Numbered from the stretch's first letter, positions 1 to 12,617 are shown. The stretch: 64,000 bases of DNA from Candidatus Dadabacteria bacterium UBA1144 (GCA_002311855.1 DCAB01000012.1:42523-106522), one strand, 5' to 3'. Notes: generated from the sequence alone by a model not told the origin. Translations and numbers: made by a program.

Positions 1-25
1 AATCCTGAGGCAGCAGAGATTTAGA

Positions 26-415
26 ATGTCCGAAAAATATTATGCCACGGGAAGAAGAAAAAATGCGATAGCTAAAGTATGGCTTTCAAAAGGTACTGGT
101 CAAATCAAGATTAACAAAAGAGATATAAAGGAATATTTTCCCCGCGAAGTGTGGATTAGTCATGCAACCGAGGCTCTTGGTCTAACCGATACAGTTAATG
201 AGTTTGATTTTCAAATATCCGTTTTGGGGGGTGGATTGACCGGTCAATCGGGAGCTATTAGATTAGGAATATCAAAAGCACTTGTCCTTTACAATAATGT
301 TTTACGTTCCAAACTAAAACCCAAAGGTCTTCTAACAAGAGATTCAAGAATGGTTGAAAGTAAAAAATATGGTTTGAAAAAAGCGAGAAGAGGTCAGCAA
401 TATTCAAAAAGATGA
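26..415 (+). CDS. rpsI: 30S ribosomal protein S9
   Basis: 129 aa; conserved S9 C-terminus ...GLLTRDSRMVESKKYGLKKARRGQQYSKR; typical length. Confidence 0.95.
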   Translation: MSEKYYATGRRKNAIAKVWLSKGTGQIKINKRDIKEYFPREVWISHATEALGLTDTVNEFDFQISVLGGGLTGQSGAIRLGISKALVLYNNVLRSKLKPKGLLTRDSRMVESKKYGLKKARRGQQYSKR

Positions 416-425
416 GAATCGTTTA

Positions 426-1727
426 ATGAAAAAAAAATTTAAAATTGCCAATCCTAAAGGTAAACTTGGAGTTTTAATTCCTGGTATTGGAGGCGCGGTT
501 AGTACAACCTTTATAGCTGGAGTTGAAGCTTTTAAAAAAAATCTTGGCAAACCATTCGGTTCATTATCTCAAATGGGCACTATAAGATTGGAAAAGAGGA
601 CTAGCAAGAAGTCTCCTTTGATCAAAGATTTGATGCCTTTAGCCGACATCGAAGATTTAGAATTCTTTGGATGGGACGTCTATCCCGAAAATTGTTACAA
701 AGCGGCTCTTAAAGCCGGTGTTCTTGAGGAATCATTAATTGAAAGATTAAGAGATGAATTGGAATCTATAACTCCTGAAAAAGCTGTATTTAATAAAAGG
801 TATGCCACAAATTTAAAAGGTAAAAACATAAAAAAAGAAAAAAATTATTTTAAGCTTGCCCAAGAATTAATAAAAGATATAAAGAATTTTAAGAATAAGA
901 AGAATATCGATAGATTGGTCATGATATGGTGTGGAAGCACAGAGATTTTCATGACACAAACTAAGGTTCATAAAAATATCAAATCATTTGAACAAGGACT
1001 TAAAAGTAATGACAAGAATATATCCCCTAGTATGATTTATGCATATGCCGCAATAAAATGTGGGGCTGCATATGCTAATGGTGCTCCGAATTTATCGGTA
1101 GATATTCCTGCATTGACAGAATTAAGTCTTCGAAATAATATTCCTATCGCAGGAAAAGATTTTAAAACTGGGCAGACACTTATGAAAACAATTCTCGCTC
1201 CAGGGATTAAAAGTAGACTTCTCGGATTAAATGGGTGGTTCTCAACAAATATACTTGGTAATAGAGATGGAGAAGTTTTAGATAATCCAAAAAACTTTAA
1301 AACTAAAGAAGAAAGCAAGCTAAATGCCTTGCAACATATCTTCCAACCTGAACTTCATCCAGATCTCTATGGGGACTTTTATCATAAAGTTCGCATAAAT
1401 TACTACCCTCCTAGAGGAGACCAAAAAGAATCTTGGGACAATATAGACATATTTGGCTGGCTCGGCTACACAATGCAAATAAAAGTTAATTTTTTATGTA
1501 GGGACAGTATCTTGGCAGCACCTATCGTTTTAGATCTAATCATTTTTATGGATCTTGCTCAAAGAGCTGGGATGAAAGGGATTCAGGAGTGGATGTCTTT
1601 TTATTTTAAGAGCCCAATGCATGACGAAACAGTTTACCCGGAACATGACATATTCATCCAATCCATCAAACTAAAAAACACACTAAGGTTTCTTGCTGGT
1701 GAAAAGACCATCGATCATTTGGATTAG
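426..1727 (+). CDS. myo-inositol-1-phosphate (inositol-3-phosphate) synthase
   Basis: 433 aa; N-terminal NAD-binding G-rich segment LIPGIGGAVSTTF; MIPS-like core NGAPN...STNILGNRDG (compare SxNxLGNxDG); bacterial/archaeal MIPS length. Confidence 0.75.
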   Translation: MKKKFKIANPKGKLGVLIPGIGGAVSTTFIAGVEAFKKNLGKPFGSLSQMGTIRLEKRTSKKSPLIKDLMPLADIEDLEFFGWDVYPENCYKAALKAGVLEESLIERLRDELESITPEKAVFNKRYATNLKGKNIKKEKNYFKLAQELIKDIKNFKNKKNIDRLVMIWCGSTEIFMTQTKVHKNIKSFEQGLKSNDKNISPSMIYAYAAIKCGAAYANGAPNLSVDIPALTELSLRNNIPIAGKDFKTGQTLMKTILAPGIKSRLLGLNGWFSTNILGNRDGEVLDNPKNFKTKEESKLNALQHIFQPELHPDLYGDFYHKVRINYYPPRGDQKESWDNIDIFGWLGYTMQIKVNFLCRDSILAAPIVLDLIIFMDLAQRAGMKGIQEWMSFYFKSPMHDETVYPEHDIFIQSIKLKNTLRFLAGEKTIDHLD

Positions 1728-1744
1728 ATTATTATTACGAGTAA

Positions 1745-2011
1745 TCATGCAATAAGATTTCCGGACTCTAAAGTAAGAGTGACTTGATCTGACTTAACAC
1801 TTATAGCACCTGTACCATTGTTGAACTTCTTCTCAGTTCCGTCTTTAGATTTAATTTTGAAATCTCCTGCAGTTATATCAGAGGAAAACAATGTATGTCC
1901 TGGTAAAATACCAAATTCTCCAGATGAATTAGTAGCAGACAAGTATTCCACCGTTCCATCAAATAAAATTTCTTCAGGTGTATATATTTTCAGATTAAAA
2001 AAATCACTCAT
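1745..2011 (-). CDS. atpC: F0F1 ATP synthase subunit epsilon
   Basis: 88 aa, immediately downstream of atpD on the same strand; epsilon-like beta-sandwich pattern ...GEFGILPGH... Confidence 0.85.
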   Translation of the reverse strand: MSDFFNLKIYTPEEILFDGTVEYLSATNSSGEFGILPGHTLFSSDITAGDFKIKSKDGTEKKFNNGTGAISVKSDQVTLTLESGNLIA

Positions 2012-2013
2012 AG

Positions 2014-3429
<1,416 letters not shown>

Positions 3430-3440
3430 TTATTTCTCCT

Positions 3441-4289
3441 TTATTTCATAGCCTCAGAACCATTCACGATATCCATCAATTCTTTCGTGATGTCTGCCTG
3501 TCTTGTTTTGTTAAATAACATCGTAGTCTCTTTTATTATATCGTCAGCATTCCTTGTTGCATTATCCATTGCAGCCGTTCTTGCGGCATGTTCACTTGTG
3601 ATAGCTTCCAAAAGTAAGCTTGATATTGTAAGCTCGAAAAACTTAGGGACGACAATCTCGATAAATGAATTTATATCTGGTTCAATTAAAATATTCAAAT
3701 CCTTTTTAGCATCTTCGTGATCTTCCAATTCAATTGGTAAGACTTTAGTTATTGTTGGCAATTGAGATATAGAGCTCACAAATTTATTATAAGCAACATA
3801 TATTTGATCAAAGTCTCCATTTAAGAAATATGGTAAAATTTTATTGGAAATATTCTCTGATAAAATTTTGTAATTTTTTTCATCTAAGGAGAAAGTTTGA
3901 TCTCCAAAGCTATTTTCTTTGAAATAATCTTGACCTTTTTTACCTATAAAAAACTTTTCTATAATTTTTTCTGAAAACTCATATCTATCTATCAATCTAA
4001 ATAAGTTTGAATTATATGATCCACATAAGCCTCTATCGGAGGATATAATAACTAAAAGAGATTTTTTATTTCCTTCTAAATCATTAAAAAACCTACTTGG
4101 GGAATCTTTAGTGGATTTCGACACAAATGATATAATTTCTTTGTATGACATAAAATAGGATCTAAATGAGTTGAGCATAACCTGAGTTTTTGCGTACTTA
4201 ACTGTGGCAATCATTTTCATAGCCTGCATAATTCTTTTAGTGCTCTTAACACTAGCAATTTTTGTTCTTATATCTTTCAAACTAGGCAT
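3441..4289 (-). CDS. atpG: F0F1 ATP synthase subunit gamma
   Basis: 282 aa; gamma N-terminus MPSLKDIRTKIASVKSTKRIMQAMKMIATVK and conserved C-terminus ...ITKELMDIVNGSEA. Confidence 0.92.
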   Translation of the reverse strand: MPSLKDIRTKIASVKSTKRIMQAMKMIATVKYAKTQVMLNSFRSYFMSYKEIISFVSKSTKDSPSRFFNDLEGNKKSLLVIISSDRGLCGSYNSNLFRLIDRYEFSEKIIEKFFIGKKGQDYFKENSFGDQTFSLDEKNYKILSENISNKILPYFLNGDFDQIYVAYNKFVSSISQLPTITKVLPIELEDHEDAKKDLNILIEPDINSFIEIVVPKFFELTISSLLLEAITSEHAARTAAMDNATRNADDIIKETTMLFNKTRQADITKELMDIVNGSEAMK

Positions 4290-4290
4290 T

Positions 4291-5796
4291 TTAAGAAGAA
4301 TATGTTCCTTTAAATTTTTCTAAACTTGTTTTCAAAGATGCGGCAATTTCGTCAGAATATTCCGACTTAAGCTCTTCTAAAACATCTTGATGATTAGTAT
4401 CAAAATAGTCATAAAGTTTCTGTTCAAAGTCGTTTATTTTCGAGACTTCAACGTCGTCTGCGAAACCATTAGTTACAGCAAATGTAAGCAGGGCTTGTTT
4501 CTCTACCGGCAATGGAACATACTGTCCTTGCTTTAGAGCTTCAACTAATCTTGACCCTCGTTCTAATTGAGATTTGGTTATATCATCAAGATCAGATGCA
4601 AACTGAGAAAAAGCTTCAACTTCTCTGTACTGAGCAAGGTCAAGCCTTAAAGTTCCAGCAATTTTTTTCATACTTTTAACTTGCGCAGCACCACCAACCC
4701 GTGAGACTGAAAGTCCGACATTGATAGCTGGTCTGACACCGGAATAGAACAAATCTGTTTCAAGATAAATCTGTCCATCCGTAATTGAGATTACATTAGT
4801 TGGGATATAGGCTGAAACATCACCTGCTTGAGTTTCAATTATAGGTAGGGCGGTTAATGAGCCTCCTCCTTCTTTGTCATTCATTTTGGCGGCTCTTTCA
4901 AGGAGTCTTGAATGAAGATAGAAGACATCTCCTGGATAGGCTTCTCTACCAGGAGGTCGCCTCAAAAGTAATGATATTTGCCTATATGCATAAGCATGTT
5001 TGGTTAAATCATCATAAATTATTAACGCATGTCTTCCGCTATCTCTAAAAAATTCACCTATAGCGCACCCTGTAAAAGGAGCAAGAAATTGGTATGGAGC
5101 AGGGTCACTAGCATTTGCAGCTACCACAGTAGTATATTCAAATGCTCCGTATTCTTTCAATTTGTCTACAACTCGAGCTACTGTGGATTGCTTTTGACCG
5201 ATTGCAACGTAGATACAATAAACTCCCTTTCCTTTTTGATTAATTATAGTATCAACCGCAATCGCGGTCTTTCCGGTTTGTCTATCACCTAATATTAATT
5301 CCCTTTGGCCTCGTCCTATGGGTATCATGGAATCAATTGCTTTTATACCAGTCTGTAATGGTTCATGAACAGATTTCCTAGCTATTACTCCAGGAGCTTT
5401 AACCTCAACAGTTCTAAAATCTTTAGTTTGGATATCTCCTTTTCCATCTATCGATTTCCCAAGACCATCTACGACTCTTCCAAGAAGTACATCTCCTACT
5501 CCTACTTTTGCGACTTCTCCTGTTCTTTTTACTCTGTTTCCTTCCGAAACTGTATCCTCAGCTCCAAAAATCGCTATACCAACGCTGTCTTCTTCGAGGT
5601 TTAATACCAATCCTAAAACTCCACCTTCAAAGGTGACCAGTTCGCCTGCCATGGCTTTATCTAGACCATAAACTTTAGCAATTCCATCACCAACCGAAGT
5701 AACAGTTCCAATCTCAGAAGATTTAAAGTCTGTTTCGAAGCCTTGGATTTTCTGTTTTAATTGTTCAGTTACATCTTGTAAATTAATTTCGGACAT
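4291..5796 (-). CDS. atpA: F0F1 ATP synthase subunit alpha
   Basis: 501 aa; P-loop [11 protein letters not shown]; conserved alpha-subunit sequence. Confidence 0.97.
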   Translation of the reverse strand: MSEINLQDVTEQLKQKIQGFETDFKSSEIGTVTSVGDGIAKVYGLDKAMAGELVTFEGGVLGLVLNLEEDSVGIAIFGAEDTVSEGNRVKRTGEVAKVGVGDVLLGRVVDGLGKSIDGKGDIQTKDFRTVEVKAPGVIARKSVHEPLQTGIKAIDSMIPIGRGQRELILGDRQTGKTAIAVDTIINQKGKGVYCIYVAIGQKQSTVARVVDKLKEYGAFEYTTVVAANASDPAPYQFLAPFTGCAIGEFFRDSGRHALIIYDDLTKHAYAYRQISLLLRRPPGREAYPGDVFYLHSRLLERAAKMNDKEGGGSLTALPIIETQAGDVSAYIPTNVISITDGQIYLETDLFYSGVRPAINVGLSVSRVGGAAQVKSMKKIAGTLRLDLAQYREVEAFSQFASDLDDITKSQLERGSRLVEALKQGQYVPLPVEKQALLTFAVTNGFADDVEVSKINDFEQKLYDYFDTNHQDVLEELKSEYSDEIAASLKTSLEKFKGTYSS

Positions 5797-6350
5797 TAAA
5801 GTTCTCCTTCAAGATTTAAATTTTTTAATTCGTTAATTTTTCCGTTTAATGAACCATCAAAAAATTTATCTTCCACCTGTAAAATTAATCCACCAATAAT
5901 ATTAGAATCTTCTTTAAAGGTGATTTCAAGATTTTCACCCCAAATATTTTCCAGATTTTCTCTAACAAGTTGTAATTTTTCAATTTGTGCGGTGTTGACG
6001 GTAGTAACTTCAATCTTGATTTTTCCTAATATCATTCTTAATTTTTTTAAGAAAAATTCTCTGGAATCGACAAATGTTTTCAAAAGATTAAATTCAATTA
6101 GTGCTTCTAGAAAATTTCTAGTGTGTTTGCAATCTGAAACAATTTCTGAAATTATATCAATTTTTAAGGACGATGGATAGATATCGTTAATTAAGCATGA
6201 CTTAATACTTCTGTCTGAGTTAAATGTATCAATGAAGTTAGACAAACCTGCGTATAGTCTTTCAAGCTCATGTTTCGAAAGTGTTCCTATTGTGAGAGCA
6301 TGGAACAAATCATTAATTGTTGCTGATGACATTTTGCTTAACCTCCTCAA
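5796..6350 (-). CDS. atpH: F0F1 ATP synthase subunit delta (OSCP)
   Basis: 184 aa between atpF and atpA; start may be the internal Met (MSSATIND..., about 6332). Confidence 0.75.
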   Translation of the reverse strand: MRRLSKMSSATINDLFHALTIGTLSKHELERLYAGLSNFIDTFNSDRSIKSCLINDIYPSSLKIDIISEIVSDCKHTRNFLEALIEFNLLKTFVDSREFFLKKLRMILGKIKIEVTTVNTAQIEKLQLVRENLENIWGENLEITFKEDSNIIGGLILQVEDKFFDGSLNGKINELKNLNLEGEL

Positions 6351-6828
6351 AAAATGAAGATATTAACATTGTATCTTTTGTTTCATCGATGTCGCTCATA
6401 AGTTCGTACCGAGTGAACTCAATGGATTTGTTTAATACTTCAATGTGAATATCGTTTGTTAATTTGATTGATTCCAATTTAATAATATCAGTCGTATCAT
6501 TTTTTATTTTATCGATCATAAGATGAGCATTCTCTATAATTTTAGAGATTTTTTTATTAGTAACAGAATCAATTGAATTTCTTAGTTCAGTTAGTTCGGA
6601 TTCGATAAGATCTATTTTTTGCGAATTCTCGTCATATGTTTTTTGAGCATCGTCAATAATTTCAGTAGCTTTATCAATCTCATTTTTGATTTTTAAACTT
6701 CTTGAAGAAAAGAATTCAGATATTGGCTTTTTGAGTAAATAATACAAAACTCCAAAAAATAAAATTAAATTAAGCAAATGATAAAATGCAAATTTAATTT
6801 GTCCAACAATATCTAATTCGTTTGCCAT
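6313..6828 (-). CDS. atpF: F0F1 ATP synthase subunit b
   Basis: 171 aa; single N-terminal TM helix followed by a long charged coiled-coil; operon position. Confidence 0.7.
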   Translation of the reverse strand: MANELDIVGQIKFAFYHLLNLILFFGVLYYLLKKPISEFFSSRSLKIKNEIDKATEIIDDAQKTYDENSQKIDLIESELTELRNSIDSVTNKKISKIIENAHLMIDKIKNDTTDIIKLESIKLTNDIHIEVLNKSIEFTRYELMSDIDETKDTMLISSFFEEVKQNVISNN

Positions 6829-6829
6829 A

Positions 6830-7345
6830 TTAATTAACTTTGTTTTTTATGATGTTTGATAATTCTCTTATCTGCAATGAGATTTCATCATCGCTTACCT
6901 TGATTTCGTCTATACTCATATTTTTTACTGAGCTTATTAGCTCATAATTCAAATTCTTTCTCGCTTGATCAATAGCACTAATCGATTGGTCCTTAGCTTC
7001 TTTAATTATTTTATCAGCTTGTTTTTTTGCTTCATTTATTTTTTCATTTGAAGATTTTTCTATTTCTAATCTGAACTCTGACAATCTTTTTTTGTATTCT
7101 AATGCTAAATCTAGGGATTGCTCCCTCATGCTTTTTGCTCTTTCAATTCTGACGGAGGTTTCGATATCTCTATCTTCTTTAAGATTAAGTAAAGGTTGAA
7201 ACATAAACTTATTAAGAAATAAAATTATGAAAATAAAAATTGAAAGTTCAATAAAAAAAGTACCGTCGACCATCAGAACATTGGACGTATCAGCAGAAAA
7301 AGCTTTAGAACTGAACAACAATAAAAAAACAGGAAATAGTCTCAT
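6830..7345 (-). CDS. F0F1 ATP synthase subunit b' (second b-type stator subunit)
   Basis: 171 aa; N-terminal TM helix plus charged coiled-coil; paralogue lying directly upstream of atpF. Confidence 0.65.
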   Translation of the reverse strand: MRLFPVFLLLFSSKAFSADTSNVLMVDGTFFIELSIFIFIILFLNKFMFQPLLNLKEDRDIETSVRIERAKSMREQSLDLALEYKKRLSEFRLEIEKSSNEKINEAKKQADKIIKEAKDQSISAIDQARKNLNYELISSVKNMSIDEIKVSDDEISLQIRELSNIIKNKVN

Positions 7346-7348
7346 TAA

Positions 7349-8587
7349 TTAGTCCCTAAAAAACCGGTAAAGAAGAGGTGGTGCAACAAAAGTTGTAAGC
7401 ATAACCATAACCAATAGTGCCGAATACTCGCCTTTTTGAAGAACACCAGAAACAAGCCCCATTGATGCAAATATCAGCCCAACCTCACCTCTGGGTATCA
7501 TCCCAATTCCAATCACCAACTTGTTAGCTTTTAAAGAAAAAGCTCCCAAGCCACTAGCCAATTTACCGATTACCGCAATTACAAATAAAACTAAAGCTAA
7601 GAGTATAACAGCAATGTTTTCCTTTATAAAGGGATTAAAGACAGAGAGATCAACTGCAGACCCTACCATTATAAAGAAAATAGGAATAAACACATCAGCA
7701 ACCGGCTTTAATCTCTCCTCTATTAAGGTTTTTTGATGTGTCTTAGCTAACAATAACCCCGCAGCAAAGGCACCTATAATTGGTGCCAATCCAGCGAGAT
7801 GTCCCAAATAAGCAAATACAAACGTATAAGCAAGCGCTCCAAGAAGCAAACTACCTCTCGCTTTTAGATTATGAACAAACAGAAAAAGTCTTGATGTGAA
7901 TAAATTGCCAATCACAATTGCCAAAAACAAGAATCCCACAGCTTTTACTGTTATTATTCCGATATCAAAAATTTCAAAAGAGCTTGATCCTTCAGAAGCT
8001 GTTGTTGCTATAACCCCGCTGATGACAGCAAGAATAATAAGTCCTATCACATCATCAATTACAGCAGCACTAAGAATAACCCTTGCTTCGATTGTTTTAA
8101 GTTTATTTAATTCTGATAAAACTCTTGCAGTAATACCCACGCTAGTAGCCGTCAGAGTAGCACCAATTGTCAATGCAACCAAAAATAACCTGGATTCCGA
8201 AGTAAAACTGAGAAAATTGAGGTCAGCTAACAAGAAAACGCAATAAAATCCTAGAAGAAATGGTAAAACAACGCCAATAACAGCAACGATTAAGGACGAA
8301 GGGCCAACATTTAGTAATTCATTGAGGTCAGTTTCTAAACCAATCTCAAAAAGTAGAATTGCCACACCCACTTCCGCTAAAAGATGAAAGACATCGTATC
8401 CCATTGCTCCATAAAGAGGGATAAGGCCTAGGGCTCCTAAAAGAACACCGGCAATTAATTCCCCTAGAACTTCTGGTTGTTTGAATCTTATAAATAATGA
8501 GCCAATTTTCTTTCCAGCAATAAAAATAATTGCTAAGGTTAGAAAAAAGCTTCCAACTGAATAAGTATTCGGGTCTTCTATAGACAT
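7349..8587 (-). CDS. cation:proton antiporter (CPA2/Kef-like Na+(K+)/H+ exchanger family)
   Basis: 412 aa polytopic membrane protein; Gly-rich TM helices typical of the sodium/hydrogen exchanger family. Confidence 0.75.
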   Translation of the reverse strand: MSIEDPNTYSVGSFFLTLAIIFIAGKKIGSLFIRFKQPEVLGELIAGVLLGALGLIPLYGAMGYDVFHLLAEVGVAILLFEIGLETDLNELLNVGPSSLIVAVIGVVLPFLLGFYCVFLLADLNFLSFTSESRLFLVALTIGATLTATSVGITARVLSELNKLKTIEARVILSAAVIDDVIGLIILAVISGVIATTASEGSSSFEIFDIGIITVKAVGFLFLAIVIGNLFTSRLFLFVHNLKARGSLLLGALAYTFVFAYLGHLAGLAPIIGAFAAGLLLAKTHQKTLIEERLKPVADVFIPIFFIMVGSAVDLSVFNPFIKENIAVILLALVLFVIAVIGKLASGLGAFSLKANKLVIGIGMIPRGEVGLIFASMGLVSGVLQKGEYSALLVMVMLTTFVAPPLLYRFFRD

Positions 8588-8711
8588 GTACAGAACCTAA
8601 AACGACTAAATTTTCTCATGAAACAAACCTATAGTCAAACTTAATATTTACTATTTTTTGTGCTTAAAATAATTTAAAGTTTACTAAGTAAAAGACTTTA
8701 AAGAGATACAA

Positions 8712-10457
8712 ATGCCAACCAGAAATATACGTCTTGCCATATATAATTTGTGGACCAACCAATATACATACTTCATATTGATTGGTTTTATAGTTGGAAT
8801 TTGTGCGGGTTTCTCGAATCTAATTTTCCATTTCTTGTACAACACAATTTCTTCATCATTGATTGTCCCGCTTGCAGAGAAAAATATAGTTATTTTTGGA
8901 ACAATCATCGGTGGAGTAATTTTATTCTTTGTACAACATATTTCAAAAAGAGATGATATCCTAGGATATAAATTTCATAGATTCATCCATAACGTTTCAC
9001 AAGGCAGTGGACTAATAAGCATCAAAGAGACAATAGTTAAGAGTTTTTCTCAGGTTATATCCTTAGGTTTTGGTGGTTCAGTTGGACAAGAAGGTCCGAT
9101 GGCTCAATTAGGCGGATCGATTGGAAGCATTTTAGGACAGAGAATAAGAATAAAAAAAACTGATTTAAAAATATTTATTGCGTGCGGTATTGCAGGTGCA
9201 ATAGCAGCCACATTCAATGCTCCAATTACTGGAGTTCTTTTTGTTGAAGAAGTTACACTACTTAGAAACATAAAAATCAGAAGCTTCTTGCCTGTCGTCA
9301 TTTCTGCTGCAACTGCTACAGTAGTCGCAGGATTCTATAGTTCCGAGGATAATATTTTTTATAATGTTGATTTTCTCTTATTTAGTTACAATGAGTTATT
9401 CATATACGCCTTAATGGGAGTTGCAATAGGTCTGAGTTCATCCTTTTTTACGAAGTTACATTTTTCAATTGAGAAAAAATTTGAAAATACATTTACTGAC
9501 CAGAAGATAAGGCCCTTAGTCGGAGGAATACTTCTAGGTTTGATTGCTTTTATACCTTTTGGAATTGGACTAGATGTTTTAGGAAATGGCCACGAAACGA
9601 TAAGAAAAGCTTTTTCTCATGAATATGGTTTATGGATTGTCCTTGCGATACTTCTTGTAAAACCTATCGCAACATCTATAACTCTAAGTAGCGGGTGGCC
9701 TGGTGGTATATTCGCACCAGCAATCTTCTTAGGTGCCCTATGTGGATATTTGTTTGGGTTTGGAGTAGAAACTATTTTTTATTCTGATTTTGTTAATCCA
9801 GGAGATCTATCGATCTCCTATGCAATTGTAGGAATGGGAACATTTCTTGCCGCAATGACTCAAGCACCTTTAACATCCATTTTTTTTATTTTTGAATTAA
9901 CAGAAACTTATCAATCTGTTTTACCAATAATGGTAAGTTCCGTAATTGGAACATCCATTTACAAATTAATAATAGGAAGATCTTTTGAAGCATGTTATCT
10001 GAAAAACGAGAATATCGAGTTAGCTCAGAATGAAGAGTCTCATATACTTAGCAATATGAAAGTCAGTGAAATTATGAGAAGAGACGTGGTTACCATACCG
10101 GAGAAAATGCCTCTTGGTAAATTTATTGAATTTCTCCCAACCACTCAGCTAACAACTTTCCCATTGATTGACGAGGACGATAATTTATCGGGAATAATAT
10201 CTGTTCAAGATTATAGAGGGTGGGTTCTTGATGAAGAATTAAGAGATGTAGTAATCATGAAAGATTTAGCTTCCACGAATGTGAACACCGTTACTCCAGA
10301 GGAGTCAATGTTGGAAGTCCTTAGGCATTGGGACAAAGGAGATATTTTACCAGTTGTTTCTAGACCTGGATCAAAGAAAATTATAGGATTTTTATCAAGA
10401 AGGGATGCATTAATAGCTTACAATAAAGCACTTAATGAAGAATCCTCAGAAAATTAA
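8712..10457 (+). CDS. ClC-family chloride channel/transporter with C-terminal CBS pair
   Basis: 581 aa; ClC selectivity motifs GGSVGQEGP and GGIFAP; two C-terminal CBS domains. Confidence 0.85.
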   Translation: MPTRNIRLAIYNLWTNQYTYFILIGFIVGICAGFSNLIFHFLYNTISSSLIVPLAEKNIVIFGTIIGGVILFFVQHISKRDDILGYKFHRFIHNVSQGSGLISIKETIVKSFSQVISLGFGGSVGQEGPMAQLGGSIGSILGQRIRIKKTDLKIFIACGIAGAIAATFNAPITGVLFVEEVTLLRNIKIRSFLPVVISAATATVVAGFYSSEDNIFYNVDFLLFSYNELFIYALMGVAIGLSSSFFTKLHFSIEKKFENTFTDQKIRPLVGGILLGLIAFIPFGIGLDVLGNGHETIRKAFSHEYGLWIVLAILLVKPIATSITLSSGWPGGIFAPAIFLGALCGYLFGFGVETIFYSDFVNPGDLSISYAIVGMGTFLAAMTQAPLTSIFFIFELTETYQSVLPIMVSSVIGTSIYKLIIGRSFEACYLKNENIELAQNEESHILSNMKVSEIMRRDVVTIPEKMPLGKFIEFLPTTQLTTFPLIDEDDNLSGIISVQDYRGWVLDEELRDVVIMKDLASTNVNTVTPEESMLEVLRHWDKGDILPVVSRPGSKKIIGFLSRRDALIAYNKALNEESSEN

Positions 10458-11662
10458 TTTTTTTTCAATAAATAATTTATTTCAAAACCTGTTGCTAGTG
10501 AACCAATTTTTGAAATAATTTCTAAAGCAGGGTTGATAAAACTCGCACAATCATTATGAGTCTCGTTAAGACATAAGCATTGAAAATACATACCCCTTGT
10601 ATTTAAATTTTCAACAGAGCTTTTAAGATTGTTTACGCGATAAAAACCCCCAGCCAGTTCACAATTAATTAAATAATAAACAGGTTCTTTGTTTGAATAA
10701 ATAGTTTCTATTCCCTCTTGAATAATAATGTCCCTTAATAAATTACCACCTTTTGAAACTTTCATTCTTTTTCTCCCATCTCTATTCAAATTTATTATTT
10801 CTTCACCCTGATTAAGCTGCATGACAGACATTCCATAAGTTCCAGTATTACTTTTAATGAATAAAAAAGGATTTTCGACTTTGTAGTGACTTGATAACTC
10901 ATAAAGCATTTCATTCGATAAATTAGCGAGTCTTTTTCTATCCTCAACTGTTTCGAAATTTATGTCTTCAACTAATTTGGTTTTTAAAGAAAAACAAGAG
11001 GAGTCCATCTTAATTAATTCAGCAAATTCGCTAATTAATTTATTATAAAATTCGAAATGTATATTTTTCTTCCTCGAATGCCACCCTACTTCTGCAGGGG
11101 GAACGACTAACTGTTCTAGTCCAGTTAGAATTGGGGGTGACGAGTCTGAAAAGTCATTGTTAATTAAGACGAGATCTGGATCAAAACCAGAAAGGAATAC
11201 TCTATTCTTTTCCCTCAATATATTTTCTGCAAAAACCTTAGTTTTTGATGATGATTCAAATTCAAATTTTACAACCGATTTGTTATCCGAAATTAGCCCC
11301 ACTCTAGTTTCGAGATTTGCTTTCTCTAAAATATTTAAAATAGCAAGTACATTATCCCAGTAAAAAGGATTCCTGGTATGGAGCTCTGGAACAATTAACA
11401 CTTTTTTAATTTTTGATCCATAAGTTAGCTTTATATGGTTTTTGGTCAACATGGCAGCTCTAATTAAGAAAGTTTCACATAGATTATTAAATCCTGCTGG
11501 GAAGATGTTCGTATCAACTGCCGCAATTTTATTCTTAGAAACTCTTAGATCAACAGATGTATAAAAAGGTACTTTTATTTTTAATCTCTTTTGCTGGATC
11601 CAAGAATTTATTTTCTCTTGATTATCAAGCATAATTTTATTGGCCTGTTCTAAAAATTCCAT
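10454..11662 (-). CDS. conserved hypothetical; possible GshA-type glutamate--cysteine ligase-like protein
   Basis: 402 aa. Motif VDTNIFPAGFNN reminds me of the PF08886-type glutamate-cysteine ligase family, but this is from memory only and is not verified. Its stop overlaps the ClC stop by 4 nt (convergent). Confidence 0.45.
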   Translation of the reverse strand: MEFLEQANKIMLDNQEKINSWIQQKRLKIKVPFYTSVDLRVSKNKIAAVDTNIFPAGFNNLCETFLIRAAMLTKNHIKLTYGSKIKKVLIVPELHTRNPFYWDNVLAILNILEKANLETRVGLISDNKSVVKFEFESSSKTKVFAENILREKNRVFLSGFDPDLVLINNDFSDSSPPILTGLEQLVVPPAEVGWHSRKKNIHFEFYNKLISEFAELIKMDSSCFSLKTKLVEDINFETVEDRKRLANLSNEMLYELSSHYKVENPFLFIKSNTGTYGMSVMQLNQGEEIINLNRDGRKRMKVSKGGNLLRDIIIQEGIETIYSNKEPVYYLINCELAGGFYRVNNLKSSVENLNTRGMYFQCLCLNETHNDCASFINPALEIISKIGSLATGFEINYLLKKN

Positions 11663-11738
11663 TTTTTTATTTAATCATAAGATATTGTTATTATGTCAAC
11701 AATCACTATTTTATTACCAGATACTAACTGAAAAGCAA

Positions 11739-12617
11739 CTACTGAGAAAACTTTTCAATTGCTTCTACGATTTTCATGAAGTCAGTCCCGGATACAATGT
11801 AACCATTGATTACAAAAGTTGGTGTTGAATTAATACCAAGAAGTCTGCTTTCAGCCAAATCGGAATCCACAATAGAGACGTATTTTTTGTCACTATATGA
11901 GCGGAGACATTTGTCGTATGGGAATTCTACGCTTGATTCAGTAAAGATTCTCATAATATCTTCTTTAAAAGATTCTTCTTTAATTCCACTTTGGGAGTTA
12001 AAAATTAAATCATGTGCCAACCAAAATTGTTCATTCCCAAATGTACTATGAATGCAGGCCGTATAATAAGCAGCATCATCAGCCCATCTGTGAAAAGTCA
12101 GAGGTAAATGCTTATAGTAGAATGTAATTTTTTCACCGTATCTTTTCTTGAGCTCTGGAATAATCTCGATGGCTCCAAATTTACACGCAGGACATTGAAA
12201 ATCTGAGTATTCAACTATTTCGATTTGTTTGGAATCTTTTGGTCCACGGCTGGGTGCATTTGATAGATTTATATTTTTCATTATTTCTTCATTTCTTGAT
12301 GGCCGAGAAAAATCATATATGTTCGGATTAAGAATGATATAGGTACCATCGTTTGAGATTAAAAAAGACAGTTGTTGTGTCTTATCCAGTTTCTTGAAAA
12401 GTATTGCGCCTTCTTTGAGCCCTTGAATGGGTGAATCCCTAAGAGCGGTAATTGATACCAATGCATCGTCAGGTATGGCATCGCTAAAACCTTTCTTAAA
12501 TTTTTTTAAGACCTCTTCTTTTGATATATTTGATGAACTCGGGATAGAATTATTTATATAATCACAGCCAATTAGAAAAAAGATTAGAAAAAAACTAAAG
12601 CTTAAGAATTTTCTCAT
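11739..12617 (-). CDS. DsbA-like thiol:disulfide oxidoreductase lipoprotein
   Basis: 292 aa; signal peptide plus lipobox LIGC; thioredoxin-fold CxxC in FQCPACKF. Confidence 0.7.
   Translation of the reverse strand: MRKFLSFSFFLIFFLIGCDYINNSIPSSSNISKEEVLKKFKKGFSDAIPDDALVSITALRDSPIQGLKEGAILFKKLDKTQQLSFLISNDGTYIILNPNIYDFSRPSRNEEIMKNINLSNAPSRGPKDSKQIEIVEYSDFQCPACKFGAIEIIPELKKRYGEKITFYYKHLPLTFHRWADDAAYYTACIHSTFGNEQFWLAHDLIFNSQSGIKEESFKEDIMRIFTESSVEFPYDKCLRSYSDKKYVSIVDSDLAESRLLGINSTPTFVINGYIVSGTDFMKIVEAIEKFSQ

Noticed and set aside
8684-8956. Small ORFs 8684-8908(-) and 8750-8956(+) from the six-frame track
   Set aside because: They overlap the ClC N-terminus, have no RBS or family similarity, and are typical AT-rich spurious frames. 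The same judgement applies to the many 60-160-aa antisense ORFs embedded in atpA/atpD/nrdA/ilvD and the like.
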